Assembly (NCBI GenBank): GCA_009914755.4
Contig: CP068257.2
Location: forward strand, 6,880,001-6,944,000
Origin: the human T2T-CHM13v2.0 reference genome, Homo sapiens
Direction: 5' to 3'
Length of the DNA stretch: 64,000 nucleotides
Shown here: positions 47,064-64,000 of the stretch, one piece after another
How the letters are laid out: the number at the start of each line of letters is the position of its first letter
Position numbering within the stretch: position 1 is the first letter of the stretch
Program-made: the position numbers and the translations under genes
The notes under the pieces: model-generated
What the model saw: the letters and a program-made list of their open reading frames with translations, nothing else
The model's database searches: none
Told to the model about the DNA's origin: nothing

Positions 47064-47385
47064 ATAATCTATCATCTATCATCTCTCCTATCTAATCTAT
47101 TTATCTATGTATCTATCCATCTTATCTATTTACCTATCATTTATCTATCCTGTCTATCAATGTATCTATCATGTATCTATCTGTCCTAGTTATCTATCAA
47201 TTATGTAACTATCCATCCTATTTATCTACCTATTTTATGTATCTATTAAACATCTACATATCTATATATATTACCTATCATCTAGCTATTTATCTATCTA
47301 TCCTATGTATTTATCTATCATCTATTTATTCTATCTATATCTATTTTTTTCTCTATGTCTCTATCTATCTACCTATCTAGAGATT
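46895..47385. repeat. TATC/ATCT-rich compound repeat including a pure (ATCT)15 core at ~47013-47072; third TATC-type block in the window
   Basis: ccatctatctattatctatcatctatcctatctatc...(atct)15...tatataatctatcatctatcatctctcc.... Confidence 0.9.
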
Positions 47386-47876
47386 TCTTAAGTCCTTGGG
47401 AATCCTGAAGTCAGCTCCATCATAGGATCTCACAGTTATATTAGGTCAACAGTTTTCTTTCTCTGCCTAACTTAGTCTGAGTTGTGTTTCAGTTGCTGTT
47501 GATTGGAACAAACCTCAAAAAGAAATTGGGACTGTTATAATATTGCATTTATGGGTGGCTGACTTATGATGCTGCCTTCCTTGTCTCTGGATCCTGAGTC
47601 CTGCATCCAACCCAGTTCCACAGCCTGGGTATCTATACACACAGTATATAAATGATTCTAATACTTTTTGCTGTAAAACTTTTGGAGTCTCTCTGCTAAA
47701 TTATGTTCCAGTTTCTTAGCTTGGGATTCAAGTCATAAATATACTAGGTCTGTCTTACCTTTCAATGCTTTTATTTGTTCCCTTTTGAACATGGCTGAAT
47801 TTTACCTTTCTGTCTACCTGCCTGCCATTCTTGCTACCCCTCCTTCCTTTTTCCACTCTCATCTTTCAGTCTGTAA

Positions 47877-48680
<804 letters not shown>

Positions 48681-48818
48681 ATTCCCGGCTAGTTTTTGTA
48701 GATACTGGGGTCTCGCTGTGTTGCCTAGGCTGGTCTCGAACCCATGGGCTCAAGTGATCCTCCCATTATAGCCTCCCAAAGTGATGGGATTACAGGCATG
48801 GGCCACTGTGCCCTGCCC
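48681..48818 (-). mobile_element. Alu fragment (antisense, half)
   Basis: ggctagtttttgtagatactggggtctcgctgtgttgcctaggctggtctcgaacccatgggctcaagtgatcctcccattatagcctcccaaagtgatgggattacaggcatgggccactgtgccctgcc. Confidence 0.85.
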
Positions 48819-48902
48819 TGTCCTCCTCTTTGAAGTCTCTCTCTCTCTGTCTTTACTTTTATACTTATTTTTTCTCTCTCGTCATGTCTTTGCCCTTGTC
48901 TT

Positions 48903-49063
48903 TTTTGGAGTCTCACTCTGTCACACAGGCTGGATTGCAGTGGCACAGTTCTAGCTCACTGCAGCCTTGAACTCCTGGGGTCAAGTGATCCTCTAGCTCA
49001 AGTGATCCTCCTACTTCAGCCTCTGAGTAGCTGGGACTCTATGTGTGCACCACCACGCCTGGC
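48903..49063 (-). mobile_element. Alu fragment (antisense, half)
   Basis: ttttggagtctcactctgtcacacaggctggattgcagtggcacagttctagctcactgcagcc...cagcctctgagtagctgggactctatgtgtgcaccaccacgcctggc. Confidence 0.8.
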
Positions 49064-49082
49064 TCCTTTGCCCATTTTTGTT

Positions 49083-49722
<640 letters not shown>

Positions 49723-51224
49723 TTAACTACGTATTTTTTACATCTGCAGTGTTTTGGAAAAAGTGGTTCAACTGAAAGAATGAAAAGTTGGGGGCAGAAT
49801 TTGCTTTTAAAAAAAAAAATTTAAAAAAGGGCATTGAAAAAAGTTTCAGTGGTGTTGGGAGGGCCTTGGAACAAGGAGTGAATGGAAGATGAAGGAGTGG
49901 AGGGAGGCCATGTATGGACTCTTTCTACAGACCAGGCTGTTGAAGGAGAGAGGGCTAACAGGAAATGAAATGCAGGGGGAAGTTTTTTGAAGATGGGAGA
50001 AAGAGGACAACTTTTATATATTTCATTTCATTTGATTCCTTATAAATTTGTAAGGAAGATAGAGCTTGTATTATGTCAGTGAAGTTGAAAATAGAGTACA
50101 GAAAAATTAAGATACAGCACCCCCAAAACCGAGAACTTCTGACATAATACACTGTTGGAAATACTTATTTCAGAGTGAAGAAAATATTGGAAGTTAGGCT
50201 TGTTAATTGGTCTGCATGGTTCATAATTACTCTTTCTTATTAACTATTTAAGGAACATGAGACCAGGAAGTTAAATACCCAGGTATATGCAGATGTATAT
50301 CTAGAATTGGTACCAAAGTAAATATAGGCATACCTTGGAGATACTGTAGGTTCCATTATAGACTACCACAATAAAGTGAATATCACCATAAAGCAAGGCA
50401 CACAAATATTTTGGTTTACCAGTGCATGTAAATATTATGTTTATATTCTACTGCAGTCTATTAAATGTTCAATAGCATTATATTTAAAAAACCAATGTGC
50501 ATACTTTAATTTAAAAATACTTTATTGCTAAAAAATGCTAGTGATCATCTGAGCTTTCAGTAAATTGTAAGATTTTTTGCTGATAGAGGATGTTGGTAGC
50601 TGCTGACTGATCCCAGCAGTGATTGCTGAAGGTTGGGGTGCCTCTGGCAGTTTCTTACAGTAAGACAACAATGAAGTTTGCTACATTGATTGCCTCTTTC
50701 TTTCATGAAAGATTTCTCTGTAGCACTTGATGCTGTTTGATAGCATTTTTTACCCAAAAGTAGAACTTTTTTTCAAAATTGGAGTCAGCTCAAACCCTGC
50801 CACTGCTTTAACAACTAAGGTTATATAGTATTCTAAATCCTTTGTTGTCATTCAATAATTTCACAGCCTTTTCACCAGGAGTAGTTTCCATCTTTAAGAA
50901 ACCACTTTCTTGGGTCATCTGTAAGGAACAACTCCTAATCTGTGCATGTTTTATCATGAGATTGCAGCAATTCAGTCACATCTTCAGGCTCCACTTCTAA
51001 TTCTCTTGCTGTTTCCACTACATCTGCAGTGACTTCCTCCACTTGAGTCTTGAACCTCTCAAAGTCATCCATGAGAGTTGGAATCAACTTCTTCCAAACA
51101 CCTGTTCATGTTGATATTTTGACTTCCTCTCATGAATTATGAATGTTCTTAATGACATCTACAGTGGTGAAGTCTTTCCAGAAGGTTTTCAGTTTATTTT
51201 GCCCAAATCTACTACAGGAATCAC

Positions 51225-51515
51225 TTTTTTTTTTGAGCTGGAGTCTCGCTTTCTCGGCCTCGCTGGAGTGCAGTGGTGCTATCTTGGTTTACTGCAACCT
51301 CTGCCTCCCGGTTCAAGCGATTCTCCTGACTCAGCCCCCCGAGTATCTGGGACTACAGGTGCGTGACACCACGCCTGGCTAATTTTTGTATTTTTAGTAG
51401 AGATGGGGTTTTGCCATGTTGGCCAGGGTGTTCTCGAACTCCCGGCTTCAAGTGATCCTCCTGCCTTGGCGTCCCAGAGTGCTGGGATTACAGGCATGAG
51501 CTGCCGTGCCTGGCT
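51225..51515 (-). mobile_element. Alu SINE (antisense) nested in the Tigger1 element
   Basis: ttttttttttgagctggagtctcgctttctcggcctcgctggagtgcagtggtgctatcttgg ... ggcatgagctgccgtgcctggct. Tigger sequence resumes on both sides. Confidence 0.9.
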
Positions 51516-51924
51516 GAAATGTATTTCTTAAACAGTAAGACTTAAAAATTGAAATTACTCATTGATGCATGGGCTGCAGGATAGATGTTGTATTGTACTG
51601 GCAGGCATGAAAGTAACATTCTTCTTTCTGAACATATCCATCAAAGCCTTCGAATGACCTGGTCCATTGTTAGTGAGTGCTAATATTTTGAAATGAATGT
51701 TTTTTCCTTAGCAGTAGGTCTTGACAGTGGACTGAAAATATTCAGTAAGCCAACCTCTAAACAGATGTGCTGTCATCCAGGAGACTGTTGTTCCATATGT
51801 AGATAGCAAGCAGATTAGATATAGCATAATTCTTAAGAGCTCTAGGACTTTTTGAGTGGCAAATGAGCATTAGCTTCAACGTCAAGTTACCAGCTGCATT
51901 AGCCCCTAACAAGAGAGTCAGTTT

Positions 51925-51973
<49 letters not shown>

Positions 51974-52760
51974 AAAGAGACAAGAGTCTCACCTTGTTGT
52001 CCAGGCTGGCCTTGAACTCCTGGGCTCAAGTGATTCTCTTACCTTGGCCTCTCAAAGTGCTGGAATAACAGGTGTGGCCCCAGCCTGACCTTTGAAGCAA
52101 GGCATTGATTTTCCCTCTCTAGCTGTGAAAGTCCTAGATGGCATCTTCTTCTAATGGAAGGCTCTTTTGTCTACTTAAAACACCTTGTTTAGTATAGCCA
52201 CCTCCAGCAATGATCTTAGATAGATATTCTGGATAACTTGCTACAGCTTCCATGTCAGCACTTGCTGCTTCACTTTCCACTTTTATGTTATGACAAGAGC
52301 ATTTTTCCCCATGAGCCAACCTCTACTTGCTTCCAGTTTTTCTTCTGCAGTTTTCTCACCTCTCTCAGCCTTCATAGAACTGAAGAAGGTTAGAGCCTTG
52401 CTGTGGATTAGGCTTTTTGCTTAAGGGAATGTTGTGGCTGGTTTGATCTTTCATATGGACCACTAAAACTTTCTTCATATTAGCAATAAGATTGTTTCAT
52501 GTTCACTGACATAGTGCTTTTAATTTTATTCAAGAATTTTTCGTTTACATTCATAATTGGCTGAGTGGTACAAGAGGCCTAGTTTTAGGCCTTTCTCACT
52601 TTTTGATATTCCTTCCCCACTAAGATTAATCATTTGTAGCTTTTCAGTTAAAATGAGGGGCACGTGACTTTTCCTTTCCCTGAATTGTTTGGGCATTATA
52701 TATGACTTCCGTTGCACTACAGTGTCAGAGTTGGTTGCTGCAGAGAGCACATACATTTCA
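51516..52760 (-). pseudogene. Decayed Tigger1 (pogo-family) transposase coding region, fragmented by stops and the FLAM insertion
   Basis: Six-frame minus-strand ORFs at 52134-52319 (...ASYPEYLSKIIAGGGYTKQGV...) and 52526-52756 (...RKSHVPLILTEKLQMINLSGEGISKSEKGLKLGLL...) resemble the Tigger1 transposase from memory. No intact reading frame remains. Confidence 0.6.
51918..52090 (-). mobile_element. Free Alu monomer-like fragment (FLAM/FRAM-type, antisense) with (TTTA)n tail, nested in the Tigger1 element
   Basis: (ttta)12 ttaaaagagacaagagtctcaccttgttgtccaggctggccttgaactcctgggctcaagtgattctcttaccttggcctctcaaagtgctggaataacaggtgtggccccagcc, inserted between Tigger ...caagagagtcag and cctttgaagc.... 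Confidence 0.7.
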
Positions 52761-53149
52761 AATTGCTGCTCTGCATGCTACGAATCACAATGACATAGTT
52801 ACTGTTTGTCAGTATGTGTGTGCACCACACATATTGCCCTGGCATCTTATTTATTTCTCTCATTACCAGTGCATACTTACCTATCATGTTAAAACAAGAA
52901 AAGGAGAAAAGTGGACTTTATATGTAACACTTTAGAGGCATAGTGGAATGTATATTATTATTAACAAATTAGACAGCAAAGCATTATATTTGTTATGCTA
53001 GAAGACTATGGCTGTGCTAAAAGAATATAATATATGTCAACATTGCCAGACTGGGCACTTCTCACAATATTCCCAACCCACAGGAATAAAACTAAAAGGT
53101 AAGAAAAAAAATAATAAATTAAAACAAAATTTTATCACAGCAGAATTTC

Positions 53150-54530
53150 TTCTCAAAAACAAAAAATGGAAATTAGGCTATAATTAAAGTAAGTTTTTTC
53201 AATGGCTTATTTGTTAGCCAAGCAAGGAAAACCATTACCAACAGTAGTTAATTAAATTATGTTTAATTACAGTAACCAAAGATGTGTCCATAGAAAATAA
53301 ACTTTAAAAAAGACTATTAGCCTTTCAGCGAGAGTAATTGCTCTAAAAGTTAAGGACATTGGGATTAATATCAAGTCATTTTGGAAAGAAGGGTGAATGA
53401 TTTTTCATGGTTTTCTTAGGCTTTTGTTGGATGAATAGGTGTTACCAGTACTGTTCAGTTGTTACATATTCCAGAAGTCAGTGCTGAGTTTGAAGTGATT
53501 GAAGAATTAGTGTTTATGCATAGTCTATGTGAAACAACTACAAGAGAAAATATTTTCAGAAAAGTTGAGCAAACACTAACTTAGTACAACCTGAAGTGGA
53601 ATCCGCTAAGATGCGTTACAGTTGATAGTGGCAAAAATAACTGTGGAGCAGAAAGACTTGAGTTGGACAAATTTACAAAGCTTGTTAAATGTCAGGTGTT
53701 TAAAACCTGATTATTTATTGTATTATTTATTAGCAGGTACTTTGTAGAAAATATTTAAATCTGTCATGTTTTAGTGAACTATTATATAATAGTGTCAGCA
53801 GTGATTTTGACTTGCATTTGTGGACTTCATCATCAAATCCTATGAATTTTTGTTAGATATAGGGGCAGAATATACTGAATTGCCATTCTACATAGCAATT
53901 TAATGACTTGGCAGTGGTAAAGTTTTATTTCAGTTTTTTGCGCTGAGGAATGAGATTGAAATTTTTCTGAATAATATTGCCCTCAACTGTTAAGTCAAAT
54001 GCTTAATAGCTTTGAAAGTTGGCTTTTCCTATAGATTTCATAATATTTTGTAACAAATTCACCTAAAATTACAAGGCAGAACAGTGATTATAAGTGAACC
54101 TTATATTGTGGTAAGGTCACTTCTACAAGAATAATGAATCATGAAAATCAAGAGAAAGAACAAATAGTAGGAAAATGTCTTCCAATTCCTTTTGGCCCTT
54201 CATATTTCCACCTAAACTCATAAGCTTTTAAAAAGATAATAATTATTATTTATACTTAAAAAGATAATATAGGATAATATTTTTGTAAAAGAGTTCTTGA
54301 GATACAACACTGAACGTAAAGGAAAATATTGGAGCATTCAACTACATTTGAGAAATAACTTCTGTTTATTAAAATATACGGTAAGAATGAAAGCACAAGC
54401 CCTAATGAATATTCCTGTTTGATACTAAAACAAAGCTTGAGAAGTGGTAGTTTCTCAAGTTTTTCAAGTGGTTTGGTGCAATCTGAAGACTGCAATCCCA
54501 TCAATGAACTTTATATCTTTACCCTTTAAA
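53150..54530 (+). mobile_element. hAT-superfamily (Charlie-like) DNA transposon remnant with decayed transposase ORF; boundaries approximate
   Basis: Plus-strand translation at ~53500-53700 gives EELVFMHSLCETTTRENIFRKVEQTLT*YNLKWNPLRCVTVDSGKNNCGAERLELDKF. The motifs L.ETTT.E.IF, then LKW, then CVT.DG...G are characteristic of hAT transposases, and the sequence style matches Charlie-family internal regions. Confidence 0.5.
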
Positions 54531-54542
54531 ATTATAATTTAT

Positions 54543-54838
54543 GGGCTGGGTGCAGTGGTTCACGCCTGTAATCCCAGCACTTTGGGAGGCTGAAGTGGGT
54601 GGATCACGAGGTCAGGAGCTCAAGACCAGCCTGGCCAAGATTGTGAAACCCCGTCTCTACTAAAAATACAAAAATTAGCCAGGCATTGTAGGAGGCACCT
54701 GCAATCCCACCTACGGGGGAGGCCGAGGCAGAGAATCTCTTGAACCCAGGAGGTGGAGGTTGCAGTGAGCCGAGATTGTGCCACTGCACTCCAGCGTGGG
54801 TAACAGAGTGAGACTTTATCTCAGACAAAAAAAAAAAT
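54543..54838 (+). mobile_element. Alu SINE, followed by an (AT)n run
   Basis: gggctgggtgcagtggttcacgcctgtaatcccagcactttgggaggc ... gagactttatctcagacaaaaaaaaaaatatatatatatata. Confidence 0.9.
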
Positions 54839-55011
54839 ATATATATATATATAATTTATTAGACTACCTTGCAATTTCAGGGGATCTTTTACCCATATAA
54901 GATTTTATAAGATTACTAAGTGGTCTTTGGAAAATATTGGTTCACTGAGTGATCCAGATATTCCAACTATTGATACGGTTGTTTTTGTTTGTTTGTTTTA
55001 TTTTGTTTTGT

Positions 55012-55268
55012 TTGTTTGAGACAGAATCTCACTCTGTTGCCCAGGCTGGAATGCAGTGGTGCGATCTCAGCTCACTTCCGTCTCCTGGGTTCAGGTGATG
55101 CTCATGCCTCAGCCTCCTGAGTAGCTGGGACTACAGGCATGCACAACAAGGCCCAGCTAATTTTCATATTTTTAGTAGAGATGGGGTTTCACTATGTTGG
55201 CTAGGCTGGTCTTGAACTCCTGACCTCCAGTGATCCCGAAGTGCTGGGATTACAAGTGTGAGCCAGCT
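55012..55268 (-). mobile_element. Alu SINE (antisense; upstream end slightly truncated)
   Basis: gtttgagacagaatctcactctgttgcccaggctggaatgcagtggtgcgatctcagctcacttcc ... gtgctgggattacaagtgtgagcc. Confidence 0.85.
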
Positions 55269-55899
55269 TACCTAGTCCTACACATTTTTAGTTAATAACA
55301 AAATTCACATTTGTTATAATCGACTGATCTCATCAGAAAAGTCTTTAAGTATTGGAATTAGTTAAGCTTACATTGTTGGTTGTAAGTTTTTCAAATTTTC
55401 TTATTGTCCACTCATGTTCTAAGTTGTTTTCCTTGAAGTGACAGGCTCACTTTATTCATTTTTGAAGAAATATGTCAGATAATCAAGTTTTAATAATTGC
55501 GGTTTCTTAGTTGTTCTTACATGTAAAAACAGTGTTCCATTAAAAAAGCAGTTATTTCAGTTTATAAATCACATGATCACAAATTCTTTCCTCAAGAAAA
55601 ACTGTGGTGTAACAATTATTTTACGCTTCATTTCTCATTTTGTCACATAGATAATTAAAAGATGTGTATTCATGGATCAAGACTTAAAACATTAAAGATT
55701 TTTGCTGCTTCATCAGTGATATTCTCAATGATACTCTACATTATTTTTACTGTAGTTGTAGTGCCAGTTGAGAATGTGACAACTTCTAATACAGCTTGGT
55801 GCCAGCTGCCTTCAGTTTTGGAAATGCATCAACAGTTTTACCCACCATAGCTTTTGCATCATGTAACAATTTTTGCTTCAATTGTTAAACATTATTTTG

Positions 55900-56515
55900 G
55901 AAACTCAAGGAAGAGTAAAGTCTGTTTTATTGCCCATAGTTTTACTATTTGTTTGTTCTTTCTTCCTTCAGGATGTTCTAAGAATCCTTCTTTTTATCAT
56001 TCTCCTTTCTGGTTCAATAACTTTTCTCACTATTCTTTTGGTGTAGTTTTGTCTCATGACTAATTTTTAGTTCTCATTCATCTCACAATTTCTTGATTTC
56101 CCTTTCATTACTAATGGATGTTTTTGCTGGATATAGAATTCTTTGTTGTCAGTTCTTTTAGGACTTACAAAAATGTTATGCTGCTTTGTTCTGGCCTCCA
56201 TGGTTTCAGGTGAGAAATCTGCTGTCATTTGAGTTGTTTTTCATCTGTGGATAAGGTGTCATTTCTCTTATTTATCTCAAGGTTTTTAAGTTTAGTCATT
56301 AGTTTTCAGAAGTTTATGATATAAATTAGCATTGATTTATTTGTGTGTATCCTCTTAGGATTTATTCAATTTCTTGAATCTGTGGGTCTTCGAATAATTG
56401 TTCAGCTGCATCATGTTCCTTTTCTGAGATTCCAGTGACAGGAATGTTACGTCATTTATTATAGTACCACAAGTGTCTTTAATGCCTTTTTTTAAAAATA
56501 TATATATATATATTT
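55900..56515 (-). mobile_element. Old L1 fragment (ORF2 region), antisense
   Basis: ...gctggatatagaattctttgttgtcagttcttttaggacttac...ggtttcaggtgagaaatctgctgtcatttgagttg... aligns with the reverse complement of L1 ...ggctggatatgaaattctgggttgaaaattcttttctttaag.... Confidence 0.6.
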
Positions 56516-56527
56516 ATTTGTTTATTT

Positions 56528-57311
<784 letters not shown>

Positions 57312-57539
57312 TAATTGCTTGTTGAAGCAGTTTTATAACATATAGTTTAAAATCTTTGATAGATAATTATGACATCTATGAATTCTCATTGTTTGCACCT
57401 TTTGACTATATTTTCAAATTCCTGTTCAGATTTTCCTGGTTCTTAGTATGGTATGACATGTTATATTTGGTTGAATCCTTTGCATTTTAAGTGTTGTGTT
57501 ATGAAGCTCTGCCTTTTATTTAAATCCCCCCTTTTAGTA

Positions 57540-59358
<1,819 letters not shown>

Positions 59359-59599
59359 TGAAACTCTATTTAAATATAGATTTTAGCCAATGATATTCCG
59401 CTTTTTTTCCAAGGGTAAAATGTCCTCCCATTCCAGCCAGTTTTTGGTTATTTACAGGTAACTTCAATTAGTTAGCTTTTACATTTTCTTCAGATTTGAG
59501 ACATTTTAGGAAAGTTATTCTGATATTAGTCCCTATGCTGTTACCCAAGAAATAAATAAATTTATGTGTGAGAGTCATTGTTTTGTTAAGGTATATTTT

Positions 59600-60800
59600 G
59601 CATACACTATAATTCACCCTTTCTAAGGTGTGTATTGAATGTGATTTGGTAAATATGAACAGTCATGTAATTACCATCATAGTCAAGATACAGAATAGAC
59701 CCTTTACGCATAAATTCACTCATGACCTTTTGAAGTTACTGCCTACCTCCCAACTCCAGCTCCTGGCAATCACCTATCTGTTGCTTTCCTATAGTTTTGC
59801 CTTTTCTAGACTAATATATGAATGGAAACATACAGTATAGAATCTTTTCTGTCTGCCTTTTTTTTGGCTTAGCATAATCGTTTTGAGGTTGGTCCATTCA
59901 CTAGCTTACAGTTAAGTTTCATTCAATTTTTGTCCAGTATATAAAGCTGCTGTGAGCATTTATGTAACATGCTTCGTTGTAGATGTATCTTTTCATGTTT
60001 CTTGTGTAAATACCTAGGACTGGAATTTCTGACTTGTTGGAAATAATATTCTTAACTTTGGAAAACAGTTTCACAATTTCTTAAAAAGTGTCTGTATACT
60101 TTTCCATTTCTAGAGATCTGAGAGTTCCATTTGCTGTACATTGTTGCCAGCACTGGATATTGCCACTGTTTCTAAATTTTAGCCATCTGGTTGGCATTTA
60201 GTGACAATTTATTGTGGGTTTGATTTTGCATTCTCTGATGATTAATTAGATTGAGCCTCTTTTTATGTCTTTTTTTGCCATTTGTGTATCTTTGGTGACA
60301 TGTCTGTTAAAGTATTTTGTCTCTACAACCATTTTTTTCCAATTGATTTGCTTGTCATCTTCTTCAGTTGTAAGATTTTTTTATATATTATTCACAGAAG
60401 TCAGTTATTGGAGATGCATTTTATAAATATTTTTGCCTAATGTGTGACTTGTTTTCATTTATTTAGCAGTGTTTATCGAACAGCAGAGGGTTTCATTTTG
60501 ATGACATTTGTCATTTGTTAATTTTTTGGAAGTTGAAAAAATTATGCTCTTTATGCTTTATTAAAAAATCTTTGCTTGCCGCAGTGTTACTTGTAGGTTT
60601 AAAAAATCCATTTATGGTTAAATTACACATATGATAAGAGAATACAAGATAAGATTCATGTTTCTTTGTTTTCCATATGAATTATTTGGCAGTTCCAGCA
60701 TCATTCTAAAAGATTATTTATTGCTCTCTTGAATTATCTTGGCCCCTTGCTCAAAAATTAATTGAATATGGGAAAGTTTGCCTATTTCTGTATTTTCTGT
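59600..60800 (-). mobile_element. Old L1 3' portion (3' UTR into ORF2), antisense; same L1 region as 13005-14600
   Basis: ...catgtaattaccatcatagtcaagatacagaatagaccc...gtaaatacctaggactggaatttctg...ctgtttctaaattttagccatctggttggcatttagtgacaatttattgtgggtttgattttgcattctctgatgattaattagattgagcctctttttatgtctttttttgccatttgtgtatctttgg.... Confidence 0.7.
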
Positions 60801-62733
60801 TCTTCTGACTTATTTTTCTCTCCTTTTACCAAAACCAAACATAAAAAAGATTTTTTTTCAAAATCATGAGTTGATATTTATGTTTTCAGTTTAATTCAAT
60901 AGCACAATTACATATCTTTAAAACAATTTTATAACTGTAGCTAAGCTATAGTTGTATATTTTCTTTTAATATCATCTTTCCTATAACTGAAAAAGTCATT
61001 AAAAGAAGAAAAGATTATTGTTTTTGTTTCAATTTCAAAGTAATCAAAACTAAGTGTACTAGTATTAAATAGTTAAAGCTAGTAGATCAATAATGAAATT
61101 TAATGTTATTGCTTTTTGCTATCTTTTTTGAGTTTACTAGTGATGTAAAAGATTTGAGTTATTTGCTGTGATTATGTAAATACTCTTTTGATGCATAATT
61201 CAGCTGTTAACATCATGTTAATTTGTGGCATTAATAATTTTACTGATAGCCCTTCTGTGATTCTGATTTTTGGTAGTGGTTTTTACCTGGTAAGCAGCAT
61301 TTTGTCAGCTGGCAGGTACTGGAAATATGCTTTATCACTTCTTTTTTAAGAAAAGTGGAAAACACAAACAGTTTGTTCACCAAAGTTATATTTCAAGGAT
61401 TCCATTCAACCAGAATCTGGTTCACCTTATTGACTCAACTTGGGGGTATATGTACTAGATTTTTACATACATCTGTTTGGAGAAACTCGTTTTATCTGTG
61501 TAATGTTTGTAAGACCAGAAGTTCTTTTACTGTTCTTGAAATAAAACTTTTAAGAAGCTGAGTATTCTTCTGTTAGTTTCAAATTTGGACTAAAATTACA
61601 CCAAGGTTTTGGACTAAAGAGAAAGCAAATAATCTGTTCTTATGTTCTTAAAAGACATGATTTAAGTGTATCCAACTAGATTCTTAGTGTGTCTGTGTTT
61701 ACTCCTACTCAAATGAAAGCTTTTAAATTTTTTCCCACTTTTTGAAGTGTTTAACTCTTCTGTAATATGCAGTGTTTTCTTATTAACTTTAAAGTTGTGC
61801 TAAGCAAACGTGTTTAAATTAATATTTCAATTATTTCAAAAACCCTAATTTGAAACAATAAATTTTATCATTGTAAACATTATGAGCTTTTAAGAATAAC
61901 CAAAAAAATGGGGGTGGATGTTTTATGTGGAAGTTATGTGTATCCCTTTTCTGCTTTTGGCTAAGGACAGATATCTTAGAATTAGCTTTATGGCGCATTC
62001 ATCTATCTGATTATTTCAGTTAATATCATCTTAATATAATACAGGTTACTTGAGAAGAAAAACTCTTAACCCAGTATTGGAGAGATGCCAGGTAGGATAA
62101 TAACGTTGATAGAGGATTTCATGTGAGAAAGAAAAAGGAAAATATTTTCCATTAAAAGTTGAGTTTTTATCTAAAATTCTCGTAATTTTCTAAAAAAACT
62201 TAATTTTTCTAAAAATATGTTGAAGAATTATATATAAAATTCACTTTCTATATATATAGAGCAAGTGAATAATAGGTACACATTTCTAGGAATACCCAAA
62301 ATATTAGAACCTATATACTAAAATCACATCAGAAAACAAATAATAGCGCCCCAGACATTCCATTCAAGCCTCCTGTTGGTTACTATTCCTAACTCCCCAG
62401 AGACATGCACTATCATCTAGTAACAACATAAGTGAGTCTTGCCTATGTTTGTACTTTGCGTAATTGGCTTTGTACTTCGTATAATTGAGCTACTAAGTAC
62501 TGTTTTCTGTCATCTTTCACGTATATATTTGTGAGATAAATCCAAATTGTTCCTTCCAGTCGTTTATTTTTCTCATCGATATATAGTATTCTGTTGTTAA
62601 GAGTACTATAATTTATTTATTTTACCGTTGGGCATTTTGAGGGCTTTCAATTTGAGGTCATTATGAATTGTGTTCTGTGAACATTGCAGTACATTTCTTT
62701 TGGTTGACACTGAGAGTATTTTATGGATTCTAA

Positions 62734-63099
<366 letters not shown>

Positions 63100-63251
63100 T
63101 AAAAACCATTATGTAAACAAGACAAAACACTCAGTACATTTCCATAGTCGATGAATTTGTCTTTATTACTTGTATATAAATAATTATGAACTCCTTGAGT
63201 TCAGTTCCTTTTTCATTTCCTGACCCTATGGACTTGAACAAGGAAATTTAA

Positions 63252-63650
<399 letters not shown>

Positions 63651-64000
63651 TAAAGTAATTCTTATAAAGTACTTGGCTTAGCTGCTGGCAAATAATAATG
63701 CTTACTGATTCTTGCATATTACCCATAGTTTATTGGCTAACTTTATGTCTTCCTTAAATTATGAAATTCTATAAAGTATCCTTGTCTATTTTAAAATTAT
63801 ACTCATTTTTATAACTTACATGCTTTATTTGTATATATCCAGGATACTAGATATTTGTAATCCAAATTGGAGGTTATTTTTTGTCATTTGATTTTTTTTC
63901 TGTAATGTGTGTTCTCACCACATAGAAGTTTTTACATTTTTATGTAGTCAGATTTATTCATGTTTTTATTTATGGTTATGTTAAAGATTATAGCTATTAG

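Larger units (their letters stand above)
50295..53100 (-). mobile_element. Tigger1-like (pogo/Tc1-mariner superfamily) DNA transposon, antisense; 3' TIR end at ~50295, 5' boundary uncertain (~52800-53150); interrupted by two Alu-derived insertions
   Basis: 50295 gcataccttggagatactgtaggttccattatagactaccacaataaagtgaatatcaccataaagcaag... resembles the Tigger1 terminus (CAGGCATACCTCGGAGATATTGCGGGTTCGGTTCCAGACCACCGCAATAAAGCGAATATCGC...) as I recall the consensus. The region 50600-51225 is collinear with the reverse complement of the Tigger1 transposase 3' part, for example cttcaggctccacttctaattct...gtcttgaacctctcaaagtcatccatgagagttggaatcaacttcttccaaacacctgttcatgttgatattttgac. Minus-strand ORF translations YPEYLSKIIAGGGYTKQ and RKSHVPLILTEKLQMINLSGEGISKSEKGLKLGLL resemble the Tigger1/pogo transposase and its CENP-B-type N-terminus. 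Confidence 0.8.

Noticed and set aside
54435-54460. Short perfect palindrome cttgagaagtggtagtttctcaag near the end of the hAT remnant. It is a possible transposon terminal or subterminal inverted repeat.
   Set aside because: It is too short (8-bp arms) to distinguish from chance in AT-rich DNA. It does not match the hAT terminal consensus (CAGTG/TAGGG-type ends) that I can recall.

Overview
This window is primate (almost certainly human) nuclear DNA, not a prokaryotic locus. There are no operons, CRISPR arrays, tRNA/rRNA genes or defense systems to report.

Direct reading shows roughly 50 Alu SINEs in both orientations. Many are intact, with A-rich tails and target-site duplications. Several old L1 LINE fragments are present, mostly antisense. 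A Tigger1 (pogo-type) DNA transposon carries recognisable transposase remnants and two nested Alu-derived insertions. An adjacent hAT (Charlie-like) transposase remnant and one MaLR-type LTR complete the mobile-element content.

I find no credible protein-coding exon. Every six-frame ORF over about 100 aa lies in low-complexity or tandem-repeat DNA (the CT tract, the minisatellites, the GAA tract, Alu bodies, or GC-rich non-coding sequence) and is a translation artefact.

The unusual property of this window is its density of tandem repeats:
- A 2.4-kb AT-rich macrosatellite with an Alu embedded in every unit. At least five units are present (1-12030) and the array is truncated by the window edge.
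- A (TATC/GATA)-type satellite at 20955-23745 with a ~290-bp two-part higher-order repeat. Reduced paralogous copies lie about 6.7 kb downstream, and a third TATC block sits at 46.9-47.4 kb.
- Three independent minisatellites with 45-bp, 26-bp and 52-bp units (0.6-1.2 kb each).
- A ~630-bp polypyrimidine (CT)n mirror tract, next to a weakly CpG-enriched unique segment.
- A 355-bp GAA/GAG tract that grew out of an L1 tail.
- Several tandem duplications whose unit is a whole Alu plus its tail.

This architecture resembles subtelomeric, VNTR-rich human DNA. It is likely copy-number polymorphic and structurally unstable. Coordinates for repeats are approximate (about +/-10 bp).
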